A stretch of DNA of 64,000 bases from the human T2T-CHM13v2.0 reference genome, Homo sapiens. The notes under the pieces are model-generated. The model worked only from the letters and a program-made list of their open reading frames with translations, had not been told where the DNA came from and made no database searches. Position numbers and translations under genes: made by a program. The stretch lies in the NCBI RefSeq assembly GCF_009914755.1, contig NC_060933.1; one strand, given 5' to 3'. Shown here in pieces: positions 1 to 13,849 of the stretch. How positions within the stretch are numbered: position 1 is the first letter of the stretch; the number at the start of each line of letters is the position of its first letter.

Positions 1-82
1 TATTGATCTCCTGACTTCGTGATCCGCCCGTCTCGGCCTCCCAAAGTGCTGGGATTACAGGGGTGAGCCATCGCGCCCGGCC
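1..82 (-). mobile_element. Alu (AluY-like), 5' end only; runs off the window; lies in intron 1 of the pseudogene
   Basis: Reverse-complement Alu left arm ...ctcccaaagtgctgggattacagg...cgcgcccggcc ending at 82. Confidence 0.93.
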
Positions 83-607
83 GGAAGAAACACATTTTTA
101 TTAATTAAGATAGAGAGTCATATTATTCTCGTATAATGAAGGTCTGAGCTTCCTAGACGAGTGAGAGAAGTGATTTCTGGCCTCGCATTATTTTCTTTTT
201 GTTCTTAGCATCAAGGCAGAGCCAAGAGGAGAAAGAAAAATGGGACATTTAAAGGTAAGGTTCTGCCCATTCAACTTCAGCTCGCCAAGGATGACCCTTC
301 CTGTCTCTTCCATGAGGTCTCAGGTTCCCAATTTCTGAGGATGTCAGTTACTAGATACAGTCTCTCTTAGAAAACAGTCCTCACAGGAGAGGCTCACGGG
401 AAAGCAATCAGACCTGAGACACCTCTGGGAGTCCCTGCTCTGCCCATCCATGCACATGAAAGAGTGATGAACCTGGACAATAGGTGCTGCCCAATAGGTG
501 GCCATGTGAGATCTATTGTGGAAGGACTACTGGTTGGTTGGTTTGGAGTCACAACTTCTGCCTCTCCACTTTGTATAAGTACTTTGACTTCCTCCTCTTT
601 GAGATAA

Positions 608-998
<391 letters not shown>

Positions 999-1465
999 TT
1001 ATAAATGAAGCCACTTACATATGTGAACCATGTTAATATTATCAATGACAATTTGAGCTTTTCTACAGATCCTTGAGGTTCTTCAAGACCAATCAACTAA
1101 GGGCACCCCTAAGGGGCATTCTACTCAGGCTCCTATAAGATCTCTTTGCTTCTAACTTCATCACTATCCTGTTACTCACCCTACTGGCTTGTCAGGTTGG
1201 AGAACTTGCCAGAGTGAAGTAGAGGAAGAGAGGAAGTTGTTTTTTCTTCTGCAAAGGTGTCTCAACATTATTCTTCTTTCCAGTATCCCTCTTTTTAGTA
1301 GAGTTCATGTAATTATAGGGCATCACAAAAGCCTGGGGTTGAAATGGGAGGAAAAATCCAGTGTCAGAATGTAAGAGCCATAGGGAAAGGGGTAAAAGAT
1401 ATACTGTGAGATAAGGAAAGCGGAGGGGGTCATATGAAAAGACAGCACGCATTGTGAGGCCTTAG

Positions 1466-1624
<159 letters not shown>

Positions 1625-1627
1625 TGA

Positions 1628-2137
<510 letters not shown>

Positions 2138-5100
2138 TGAACTGTGACTCAGTCTAAATCAAGTTCCATCTTATTGAAACCTGTTTCAGAGATATCCTCT
2201 ATGGAAAGTCCTATTTGGTTGTCCACTTATGTTCCGACAATCAGAGGCATGGACCATTCCAACTCAGAATTCTCATGGTGGCAGCCTTACGTCAGGAACA
2301 TGTTCCTCCCCAGATTACCATATCCTTATTTTCAGCGGGAGCATGTTTCCCTTCCTTCACCAGAGACCTGTCTCTGGGGAGACTCTGATACCAAGCACTT
2401 GGAGGCCAGTAGATATTCGTTTTTGGCCTTAAGATACAGGCACTCTTGGAAAAACAAATAAAAAAAAGAATGGCTTTCCAGATTTTGGAGAAGAAAGAAA
2501 AGGAGAAGGGATTATTTTCAAAATAAATGTGGCCAGAATACCAACTGACATCTTCAGGAATTCTATTGCAGTCACTTGTTGATGAGCAGGACACCACAGC
2601 CCCCCAAAGCAGCTGGAACACCAAAGGCACAGCAGAGCAGCTGCAGGTTTGTCAGCAGCTCCTGTATGTCAAAACTTTGGGGGGAAATTTGCAACAGAAA
2701 TATAGCTAGCTCTTCTAGGGTCTTCCCTCTCTGCATAGTGAGTCCTCAGTGGCTACTCTCCTGGTGTCTAGGAGCAGCTCCCCACTAGTGTGTTGCTTTA
2801 TTGTATTCAATACAGTCCAAATGCATGATCAAGAATCTCTACCACTTCCTCAGTTCCACCATTATCCCCTCACCCCTATACATCCCCAATCCTTTCCTCA
2901 AACCAACCACCAACCCCAGATCCTACCTATCACTCAGGTCCATTCCCAGGCTCACCTTCACTCCTCACTCCCTACCCTACCATCACCTTCTCCATCCCAG
3001 GTTAAGGACTGTGGAATATCTTCCCATATACTCCAGAATGAGGCTGACTCTTACACCTCAAATCAACATCTGGAATGCCATGTGTTGCAGAAACAACAGG
3101 AAGGTTTGAAGGGTTTAGTCCCTTTGCTCCAAAAATCTTAAGAAGCCCTTCATCCTCCAGCTCCCAACCTTCCATTGGTCAGCCAGTCCTTCCAGGCCTA
3201 TGTTCCAGTCTCCACCTTTCCTGGTTATTTTCATATCAGAAATGATCCCCAAGAGAAATTGGAGCTCCATGTTCCAAAGAGGCCAGTCTTACACTGGTGC
3301 CTCCATACCTGCAGGAATCTAGGATATCTAGCACTGATGAAGACTTGGTGCAAATCAACAGAAATATCTTAGCAGAATTGCAGACATACTCACTCACAAC
3401 CCCTTGAACTTCAGGGTCACAGTAGCAAAAATCTAGGGAAGACAGAATTGAATCTCCCAGGAAGTTTCCATGAGAGGTCCCAACAAAGTTTCAGCTATGA
3501 AATGACATGGCAAAGAATCTTGGGTATATCTTAGCGAAGTGTTCATTACACAACCCACCAATGGTCTCAGAAAACTACCTGGTGAAGGGTTTGAGGGCTG
3601 TCTCTGACAGAAAAAGTAACTGGGTAGATAACTCAAGGAATGAATTACTAAGTTTATCAAGGAGGAACATAGACCAGAATCAAGTGAAAACCATTCTTAG
3701 ATTACATTTGAGCAGGAAGTTTTGGCAGGTCACTTTGGATAGGATTCCTATCAGAGTATGTCATTCATGGCTGGCTAACAATACCTTGCCTCCTTGTGGG
3801 AGTTCCCATACCAATAAGGAAAACAGAAATGTGGCACCACTGGTGGGCAGGGTGTACTGCAAGATTACCACTCTGGAGCTTTCCTTTCTTGATTCCAAAA
3901 CCCATCAGGTGTTGGAGGCTCATATGATGAGGGTTAGGGTAAATCAGAGGGGGGCTCTACCCTTCAAGGTTCTTGAATCCATAAAATTCTATATGTTGAG
4001 AAAAGCCAAAACATGGCCTCTTCCCCAGCTTAACTTTCCTTTGTCTGCCACCTATATTTCTAGGATGGTTTCTAAAGGTATGGTTTCAAGGTCTCTCGAG
4101 GGATGCTCTAATGCTTTTCAGGGAGACAAGTTAGAAATGACAAATCCAGTTCCCAGCTTGGATTGTCCTCTACCTGCCACTTCATCTGTAAACACAGGAC
4201 AGGGAGCCTTGAGACAATCACCCTCTGCTACTCGCCATAAACTTACAGAGAATGCCCAGACAATTGAGAATGGCAGATAGACTTTTCTGCCCTCTACACA
4301 CAGCATCATAGACAAAGAGAATCAGAATGAGACTGTACTAGCCAACAGACACAGCTCAGAGCTGTCCACAAGGCAAGACGGGGGTAGAGATGAATCAAGG
4401 AATGAGAAAGTGAGTCCCAGCAATAGTGTAGAAAGGCTTCAGGGCAAACAAAATGGTAGCAGAGACTTCAGAACATTTTTCTATGTCCAACGTGTCCAGG
4501 GAGATAGAGGAGCTCTGTGCTTTTCAATCACAATCTAATCATATCTTGACAACCAGTGAGTTGGGAAGCTCCTCAGTGATGAACACGAATACAAGTAAAG
4601 AAGAAACTACTCTGACCACCAAATACTCCCCACCAAGAATATTGATTGCTGAAGATCCTAAATCATCAGACTTTAAAGGACAGCTGGTGAGTTAAAGTTT
4701 AAATTGGAGAGTGGGGAACATAGTCAGGCTCAAGGCTGTCCCCGCGACATGTTCTTTACTTCAGATAGCTTGATTTCTGATTCCTCACTGGCTCACTCCC
4801 TGAATGTCTCCAGTGAGGATAGGGCAGCTTCCCAGGTACAGCATATACACCCGGATGATGACGGATCAGCATGAAGCAGTTGCAAGAGCCCCAAGTCTCT
4901 AAGTACGTCTTATGGGAGTGCCAGGATAAGAATTTCCCATTAGCCAAGAGGGGACCCAAAGCAAGAGCCTTTTGGGACCCAAAGCAAGAGAATGTGGGAG
5001 CGAGGACTTGGGATTAGGAACATCCAAAGCCACAAGGAAGAGCCATCTTGGCAAGGACAGGAAATTAGAGGAGACTTCAATGTCTCTGTCACAGAAAGAA

Positions 5101-5874
5101 CCATTTTGTCTTGAAAGTTACTTTGGAAAAAAGATGAGGCATTTTCTTCAGTGGATTGATTTCAAGAGAAAAAGCAATGGGCAAGAAAGTCCCATGCAAA
5201 AAGACAAGTTAATGCCAGCCTTTCTACAGCACCAAGACCTAGTTGAAGGTAGACCTGTCTTTATGAGGACTCGTGAAGCTCTTGAGCTCATGACAGCCAT
5301 TGGGAAGATACTAGAGGAGAAACTGGCATGTAGGCAGGAACCTGAGGACTTGGAATTAAGTCAGCCAAAGAAGAGCCACAGACTCAGGCAGAGCCTGACA
5401 ACAGACAACCCTCCAACTATGGGCTTCCCTCTGAACAGTGGCAAGGGGAAGAGTCAAGTACCAACCCTTATAACCAAGAAGCTGTCTCTGATGGCCCAAG
5501 TTATCTTTCAAGTGTTAGATGGATCAGGACTAGGATTAGTCATCCTCAGAAAGTTGTGACATTTAAAGAGCAGCTATTATGCCAGAGTAATCCCCCCCCC
5601 CTGCTGCCCTCTAGTGAGCCTGTGTCCCATCCAAGCCCCATCTGCATGCAAGTATGCCAGGTGCCCCTGGCTGACATTAAACCAGCTTAAGGCACTGTGT
5701 TCAGAGATTTGGCCCTTCTTTGCAAACAGAAAATGCTTCTCCAGCACTTACAGGAAGGAAAAATTTTCCACAAAGAATAATCCAGTTCTTGTAGAGCCTC
5801 TCAGTTTTCATGATAGTATATCCTCTGATGAGAGCAATCTCTTTTTAGCATAACCAAGAATATTGACCCTCCCC

Positions 5875-5880
5875 AATAAA
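5875..5880 (+). terminator. Retained polyadenylation signal of the pseudogene
   Basis: ctccccAATAAAtgtt, the same context as the SPATA31D1 signal at 28868, followed by GT-rich sequence. Confidence 0.75.
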
Positions 5881-6100
5881 TGTTTCTTTTAATATAGAGT
5901 GGTGTTCTCCATGTACTGCTCTGGAGGTGTGGATTTTGGGTATTCCAGAGCTTGTGCTCAGGGAAAGGAAGGAATTAGTTTAGGTCTTACTATTTTTCTC
6001 TTTTGGCTTCTAAAAGATGACCAGTCCCTTGTAGGGAGCCTGATAATGGCCTCCTCAGTCTTATCCTAGGATCTTTTGACACTTTTCAGATGTCCTGTAA

Positions 6101-6534
<434 letters not shown>

Positions 6535-7510
6535 TAAAATCAGTGACATGGAGAAATCTTTTTCTTGGATCTCTTGGTGAGGAATAAATATTCCTCCCAA
6601 GAGGCAGCCCTTCTCTCCCTCATGAAGTTTGGGGCAATGTGCCATGTTCCCCACCTCCTACCTTACCCTAATGAAAATGGAAAATGGGTAGTAGTACATC
6701 TTTTCCCTTTCTGTACCCTTTTTGGAGCAGTAGTGGGGATAGAAAATGCATCTCTGAAAGAGGCCAGGAATAAAAATAATTTTCTGAAAATAGTGGTTTA
6801 CTTTCATTTTTAAAAAGCTACTGACTCCAGAGCATCAGACAGGTGAGTGGTCATTGTATGAGGCATGAATGGGTGGATTTTGCTATTGTGGACACTTATT
6901 TGGCTGAGGTATGGTCCAGGCAGTGTGGGTCCTGCTGAAAAATCTGTTATATGTGGCATGTTACTGTGTCTAAAAAGAACATTTTGAAGTTGACCATAAG
7001 GTCTCTTTGCTTATGAGGTTATCTTGAGGAAAGAGAAGACTCCCTTCTCTAGGGAATCTCTTCAAGATGCATGGCTTGATAGCACTCTTACAAGACCAAG
7101 AGATTGCCTGGCAATGACTTGTAGGAATGGTCACCAGGCAGTTACTCAGAACTTGGGAAAAAAGGAGACAGAGACCAAGAAAAATGTAATGGGAGAGTGA
7201 GTGGGCAAGGAAAAAAAGAGAAGAGGGAAAAGTATAACCTCATCATCCCTGCTCATAACTCCATCCTGGCATCCACTGCACCCAACACTCCTTTACCTAG
7301 GCCTCACTTCCTAGAGTCTAATAAGCGATATTTAGAGCACAGTGATGCCACTTCAGTATAAGAGTATGAGGGATGATCTTTGAGCATAAAGACAATATTT
7401 GCAGGGATGTTGTCAGACACAATATCATCCTATTTGGAGAAGGTGATCTTGGTCCCTGCCTTCCAGCCATGCTACTACATCTTACACCAAGGTTATGATG
7501 ATTTACAAGT

Positions 7511-8080
7511 ATGTTAGATATGTATTGCTGTGTAATAGATACCTCAAAATTTAGTGGCCTAAAAATATATATTTATTATCTTACAGTTTGTGGATCAGGA
7601 ATCCAGGCAAGGCCTAGCTGGTTTCTCTGCTTCAGGGTCTCTCACAAGGCTTCAATCAAGGTGTCAGCTGGGGCTGGGGTCTCATCTGAAGGCTTTACTG
7701 GGGAAGGATACACTGCCATGCTCACTTGTGTAGCTGTTGCAGGATTCAGTTCCTCAAGGTCTATTGGACTCAGGTCCTCAATTCCTTGCCAACTGTTGGC
7801 TGGAGCTAGCTGGAGGCCACCTTCAGGTCCTTATCATGTAGGCCTCTCCAGTGTGGCAGCTTGCTTCATCAAAGCCAGGAAAGGAGAGAGTCTGCTAACA
7901 AAACAGAAGTTACACCTTTTGTAAACTAAAATTGAAAATGATATCCCGTCATCTGTATCTTTTTTCTACTGGTTAGAAGCAAATCAGAATGTCCAGCCCA
8001 CATTTAAGGGGAGGGATAATTACACGTGTGTCAATACCATGAGGTAGAGTCACTGGAGACTTCTTAGAAGACTTCCTAAC
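7511..8080. mobile_element. MLT1-family (ERVL-MaLR) solo LTR
   Basis: Typical MLT1 text: aaaatttagtggcctaaaa...atttattatcttacagtt...gtctcatctgaaggc...ccagcccaca...aggggagggataattacac. Confidence 0.8.
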
Positions 8081-8399
8081 ACAAGGGTTTCTTTTTGGCC
8101 ATCCCATTGAGTTCACTGAAGCCAAAGTGGCCAAAGGTGCCAAATAGGTCATCATCCTGATCCATATCCAGATGATCAAGGTGGAAGTTGTTTAACAGCT
8201 GTGTGGAGTGGTGGCTAGTTAAAAAAAAACACACATACACACACACAAACAACCCGCAAATATCAAAGAAGTTGTAGCATCCAAAGAAAAAGAGAAAGTT
8301 GGTATGAAGGTAGAAATTGTGTGGTAAAGTGAAAAGATCCCTTAGAACCACCTGAAATACCACTGCCAGTATTCAAACTTAGAGAAGAAATTAGGGGCA

Positions 8400-8850
8400 A
8401 AAAGTCTGGAAGTAAGACTGGCCCTAGGCAGGAGGGTTCATATAGGAACTCGATTAATTTCCTCAGCTTCCATTTCTATCCATGTCTTTGCTCTGTGTTA
8501 TGAGTTGGCTTCATTAAGACTTTGTGTCTGGCAAGTTCATAGCTATATTCTCCAGGCTTCAAGTGCAGATAAAAATAGGTTGCCTCTCCCACTAGTTACT
8601 TCAAAAGTTCCATTAGTACCCTGCTGGCTCCAATCGGGTCACATGCCCATTCCTAACCAATCACTGTTGCCAAAAACGTGGAATGATCTTTTTGGCCAAG
8701 TCTGAGTTACATACCATCCTCAAAATAGGAGTGTTGGGAAAGGCAACTCCACCTGCACGTAGACTGAAATCGAAATTGGGTTTAGTTTCCCATAAGGCAA
8801 TAGAGGAAATATTTCCAGAAGGTGAGTAAATTCTGGGTGACAAAAGTAAG
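8400..8850. mobile_element. Degenerate old MLT1 (J/K-like) LTR remnant
   Basis: gggtcacatgcccattcctaaccaatcactg motif typical of old MLT1 LTRs. Confidence 0.55.
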
Positions 8851-10079
8851 ATGGATTTACTAAAGCCCTCTCTCTTACTGCTCCATTTCTTCCTTCTTGT
8901 TCAGAGTGATGTCATTGACCAAAGCTTAGACGTTCAGGAAGAATGGTAATTCTGTGGATAGCCTTGGGAGGGGAAAAAGTTGGGATTGGGGTTCAGGGTA
9001 AGGAACCCTCAATGTGAAGGAAATCAGTTGAAGGCCTCAACATCCAGGTGAATAGATGTCATCTTAAAGCCCTTTACCTTCATTCCAGTTCAGTTACTGC
9101 CATACCCTAGAACTACCAGGAACATCTCTGCTTTTTGAAAAAATACAGTCTGACATTCCACCCTTTGTCCTTCTCACTTATGCCCTCAGTATGCCAATTC
9201 TTCAACCAATTCAGGAATTGCAAGCCACTTTAAACTTTCTCCTTGTCAATCCAATACCCTTTTAATTTCCTTCCTCTCCAAGAAAAACTTCATGATCCAC
9301 ACTTAACCACAAACCTGGTTAAGATCTGGACTTTATGGTCTACTCCAAACAACCTATCCCAGTGTCTTTTCATCTTTCCTGCCTGGGAAAATCCAACTTG
9401 CTACCTTTACTAGACCTGTCTTCTAAAAACAAGCTGATTCTTTTTGGATAAAATCACACAATTAAGTGTTTGGTGCCACCATTAATTTATTATCTACAAC
9501 TAATGGCCAGTTTCTAACACTGCCTGAAAATAATCCATTCATTCCTCCAGTGAGTACTTTGTGCTAGGCAGTCTTCTAAGCACTTGGGACACACCAGTGA
9601 GGAAGCAAAGCTCTCTGTCTTGTGGAGTTTATCTTATTATTTTCTTAGTAAATTTCTTTGCTTTTCTACTCAAAATTACAATTTCACTTTCCTAATTTTC
9701 TCCACCCCACTCACCCATTGAACATATGTGCTGGACCACATATATTACAAAGGAATGAGAAGACAACAGATGGGAACCTTTCATCATAAAACTTAAAAAT
9801 ATCCCAAACACCTTGAACTCCCATCAAATAACTTTGCTCTTTCCTTCCATTATACTTAAAGAGGTTTCCCTCAGATACCTGCCTTGATCCTCCCAAGCTG
9901 TGATCCGTCCTTGGTTTCCAATTCACAACACCCTCCACAGTGTTTTGGAATATTTGGCTTAATAGTCTGTCTTCCAGACTGAGATCATGTCTCCCTCATC
10001 ACGGCTCTGTGCCCTGCACTTGGTAATTAGATAGCTCAGAAACTTCTGGAGGAATGAAAGAGCAATAGGAAAGATTTCA

Positions 10080-10399
10080 GACAGGAGGCATACTACAGCA
10101 TCTGTACAGCAAATTTGTATAGCGTCCTTTGGGGCCCAACCTTGCCTGGGGGTGGAGCCACGGCCAGGGGCAAGGCTTCATCCAGAGACCCGGCCTGCGA
10201 GGAAGCGCTGCTGGGCTTCCTAAAGGCGGCAGCGTTGGCCACAAATCTCACCTCAGGCTTCTGGATTCTGTCTCCATCGCTTCCGGAAGACAAGAGCTGA
10301 GATTTGCTTCAAAGACATGGTCCTGGAAAAGGTCTCTGGTCACCGAGTGCCCTTCTTCCCTACCCTGCCTGAAGGAGGATCTCTTCCTTTGTCCGCCAG

Positions 10400-10430
<31 letters not shown>

Positions 10431-11520
10431 TTTGAGATGGAGTCTCGCTCTGCTGCCCAGGCTGGAGTGCAGCGGCGCCATCTTGGCTCGCTGCAAGCTG
10501 CGCCTCCCGGGTTCACGCCATTCTCCTGCCTCAGCATCCTGAGTAGCTGGGACTACAAGCGCCCGCCACCACGCCTGGCTAATTTTTTTTTGTATTTTTA
10601 GAAGAGACGGGGTTTCACAGTGTTCGCCAGGATGGTCTCGATTTCCTGACCTTGTGATCCGCCCGCCTCGGCCTCCCAAAGTGCTGGGACCACAGGCGTG
10701 AGCCACCGCGCCCGGCCTCATCCGCCATTTTCATCCCAACTGGCAGCGCGCCTCGCGGCCTGGGAGCCCCCAACCGATCTCAACAGCCCCGCCAGCGCGT
10801 GAGGCCTCGGAAACCGCTCAGAGCCCTGGGCGCGGGGCTGCACCTGCCAAGGATACTCGATGGAACTCGAGGGAGATGATGGTATAATAATTAGAGTAAC
10901 AATGTTGACCGCTATTAAGGCTTCGCTTTGCATTGGCTGCCTGGCTTTGAATCTCATATTTCACGTAATTTTTGAGGAGATACTGATATCTGCTAGTAGG
11001 GTTGGCCCTGAGTACTGCAATGAACAAGTAAAGAACTTTGTTCAGTTAAGGGCCGAAGTTAAGGAATGGGCTAAGGGCCCTGATGCAGTTACAACATGGG
11101 ATTTTTCAGACACCAGAGAGGCCAGTGCCTTGGAAATAAATGCCTGCGCTGGACAGGAGGACAGTGTAAGATGTCAAAATGCTGGTCCACACACAAAATT
11201 AAGAGATCATCATCCCTCTCTGTAGGATCAGTAACCGGAAGAAGGATGCTGTCTCTACACGCTGTTTTTCAGAGGCGTCAACAAGTGCTTTTTCCCCTTC
11301 TCTGAGGGAGCCAGAAGTGTGTCTGGTAGGAACCGTGGCTGGGAACCCCAGGTAAAGGTCTACCAAGGCGCAGTGCCAGTGGACAGAGATTAGGTGTACT
11401 CCTGAGAGTGGAAGCACAGCCATTTGTCACGCCTTTCAAGATACAGAACAGCAAGACAGGAGGCTCTCCAGCAGAGAGGACTGCAGGCTTTTGCAGGACA
11501 GAAAATCTCAGGTAACTGTC
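10080..11520. promoter_or_regulatory. CpG/GC-rich promoter-like island (probable lncRNA promoter, possibly bidirectional), interrupted by an AluY
   Basis: CpGs retained in non-repeat DNA at 10115-10400 and 10720-10870; YY1 CCGCCATTTT 10722-10731; MYB-like CCAACTGGCA 10736-10745; ATTGG 10932-10936; ETS CTTCCGGAAG 10280-10289 and ACCGGAAG 11234-11241. Confidence 0.6.
10404..10717 (-). mobile_element. AluY with many CpGs retained
   Basis: Full-length Alu with long poly(T); TSD TCCGCCA(G/T)TTTC at 10392-10403 and 10721-10732. Confidence 0.96.
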
Positions 11521-11674
11521 TTTAATTACACAAATATTGATATATTCATGCATTTATTGAGAGCCTACTACGTGTCCGTGTTCCTTGTAAGACAGGAATA
11601 TCACTATGTTTGCCCTCATAACAGGTGAGAGGGCGTCCTTTTTGTGACTGTTTCCCTTTTTAGAAAGTAGTACA

Positions 11675-12094
<420 letters not shown>

Positions 12095-12364
12095 TATAGC
12101 AAATTTGAAAGATACGGAAAAGTAGAAGGCAGAACCCTGTAGATTTCCATCCTTAAAACAATTATTCTTAGCATTTTGATGTTTATTTCCAGATTTTGCT
12201 ATGAAAAATTTTTTTACATTGCTTAAATAAGTACTTAAAAAGAAAAACACATCATGTACATTTTATGTGATTATAAACTTTCATAATCTTTTTATAATAT
12301 ATTAAATGGTAGAATATTAATTTTACTTTGTATCGATGTTTGAGTAGTTTCTAGTTTTTTAAAA

Positions 12365-13170
12365 TATAATTTCAACTTTTATTTTAGATTCAGGGGGTAC
12401 ATATGCAGGTTCATTACCTGGGTATATTGCATGATGCTGAGGTGTTGGATACAAATGATCCTGTCACCCAGGTACTGAGCATAATACTCAATTGTTACTT
12501 TTTCAACGCTTTCCCCTTCCTGCCCCCCTCTAGTAGTCCCTAGTGTCTATTGTTGCCATCTTTATGTCCATGAGTACCCAGTGTTTAATTCCCACTATAA
12601 GTGAGAACATGCGGTATTTGACTTTCTGTTCCTGCTTTAATTTGCAAAGTGTAATGGCTTCCAGCTGCACCCATGCTGCTGCAGAGGACATGATTTCCTC
12701 GTTTTTTTATGGATGCATAGTATTCCACGCTGTACATGTACCACAATGTCTTTATCCACTTCACCATTGATAGACACCTCGGTTGATTCCATGTGTTTGC
12801 TATTGTGAATAGTGCTGCAACGAACATATGAGTGCATGCGTGTTTTTGGGAGAGTGAATAATTTTGGATATATACCCAGAGTGAGAATGTGGGACAGAAT
12901 GGTGGGTCTGTTTTAAGTTCTTTGAGAAATCCCCAAATTGCTTTCCACAGTGGCTGAAGTAATTTACATTCCTCACAGCAGTGTATAAGCATTCACTTTT
13001 TTCTGTGGCCTCACCAGCACCTGTTGTTTTTTGACTTCTTAGTAGCCATTCTGACGGGTGTGAGATGGTATCTCACTGTGGCTTTAATTTGCATTTCTCT
13101 GATGATTAGTAATGCTGAGCATTTTTTCATGTTTGGCAGCTTGTATGTCTTCTTATGAGAAATATCTGTT
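12365..13170 (-). mobile_element. L1 3' end (older L1PA/L1PB) with ORF2 C-terminal remnant
   Basis: L1 3'UTR text; ORF 12585-12992 resembles the ORF2 C-terminus (…MFVAALFTIANTWNQPRC…). Confidence 0.9.
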
Positions 13171-13849
13171 AATTTTACTTTTTGTTGACATTTGAGCAGT
13201 TGCTAATTAAAACATTTTAAAAAATATTTTGCTTACTGTGTTTGTTCGTAATTGTACTTGCTTATAAACTGTCCTATTACAAACTGCAGAAAGCTTTTTT
13301 CTAAGTGTTTATTTTCTTACTGCCCTTGGTCTACTACTTTTCTTTTTTTTTCAGTTTCCTTAGATAAGTTATCCCCTCGTGTAGTTAACTATTTTAGCAC
13401 TAACTTAATTCTTTGAATTTTAAGCCAGTGAAACCAACTGATTGCTAAACATCCTCAAGGTAAAATCTTACGAACTGAACTATCGTCTTCTGTCACCAAG
13501 CTGCTTTTCCTCTGATATCCCCATTATTAATTAGTAGCACCAGGACACCCAAGCTAGAAACAGAACAGCTATTCTATGCTTCTCTCTTCATTTTCTCCAT
13601 AGCTAGTCTACTAATATGTGGATGAAGTGGAAATATATGCTGGGCAAAGAAATCCTAGAATTCTCACTGTTCACTATGCTTCCCCCCAATAGACTTTAAG
13701 AACCTTCAGATCATCAGCTGTACTTTGAAGTACATTTTTAATTATATTAGTAATACATGTTCACAATCTGAGTCAAAATTAAAATATTCTCGTTGAGGTT
13801 AAATGTCCCATTCCAAAACAAAAACAGATATGCAATTCCACATAAAATT

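Noticed and set aside
3507-4280. 257-aa ORF as an independent gene
   Set aside because: An internal fragment of pseudogene exon 4, bounded by frameshifts and premature stops
10093-10721. GC-rich ORFs as a coding gene or processed pseudogene
   Set aside because: No recognisable protein similarity; the longer ORFs run through the AluY; no poly(A)/TSD bracket for the unique part
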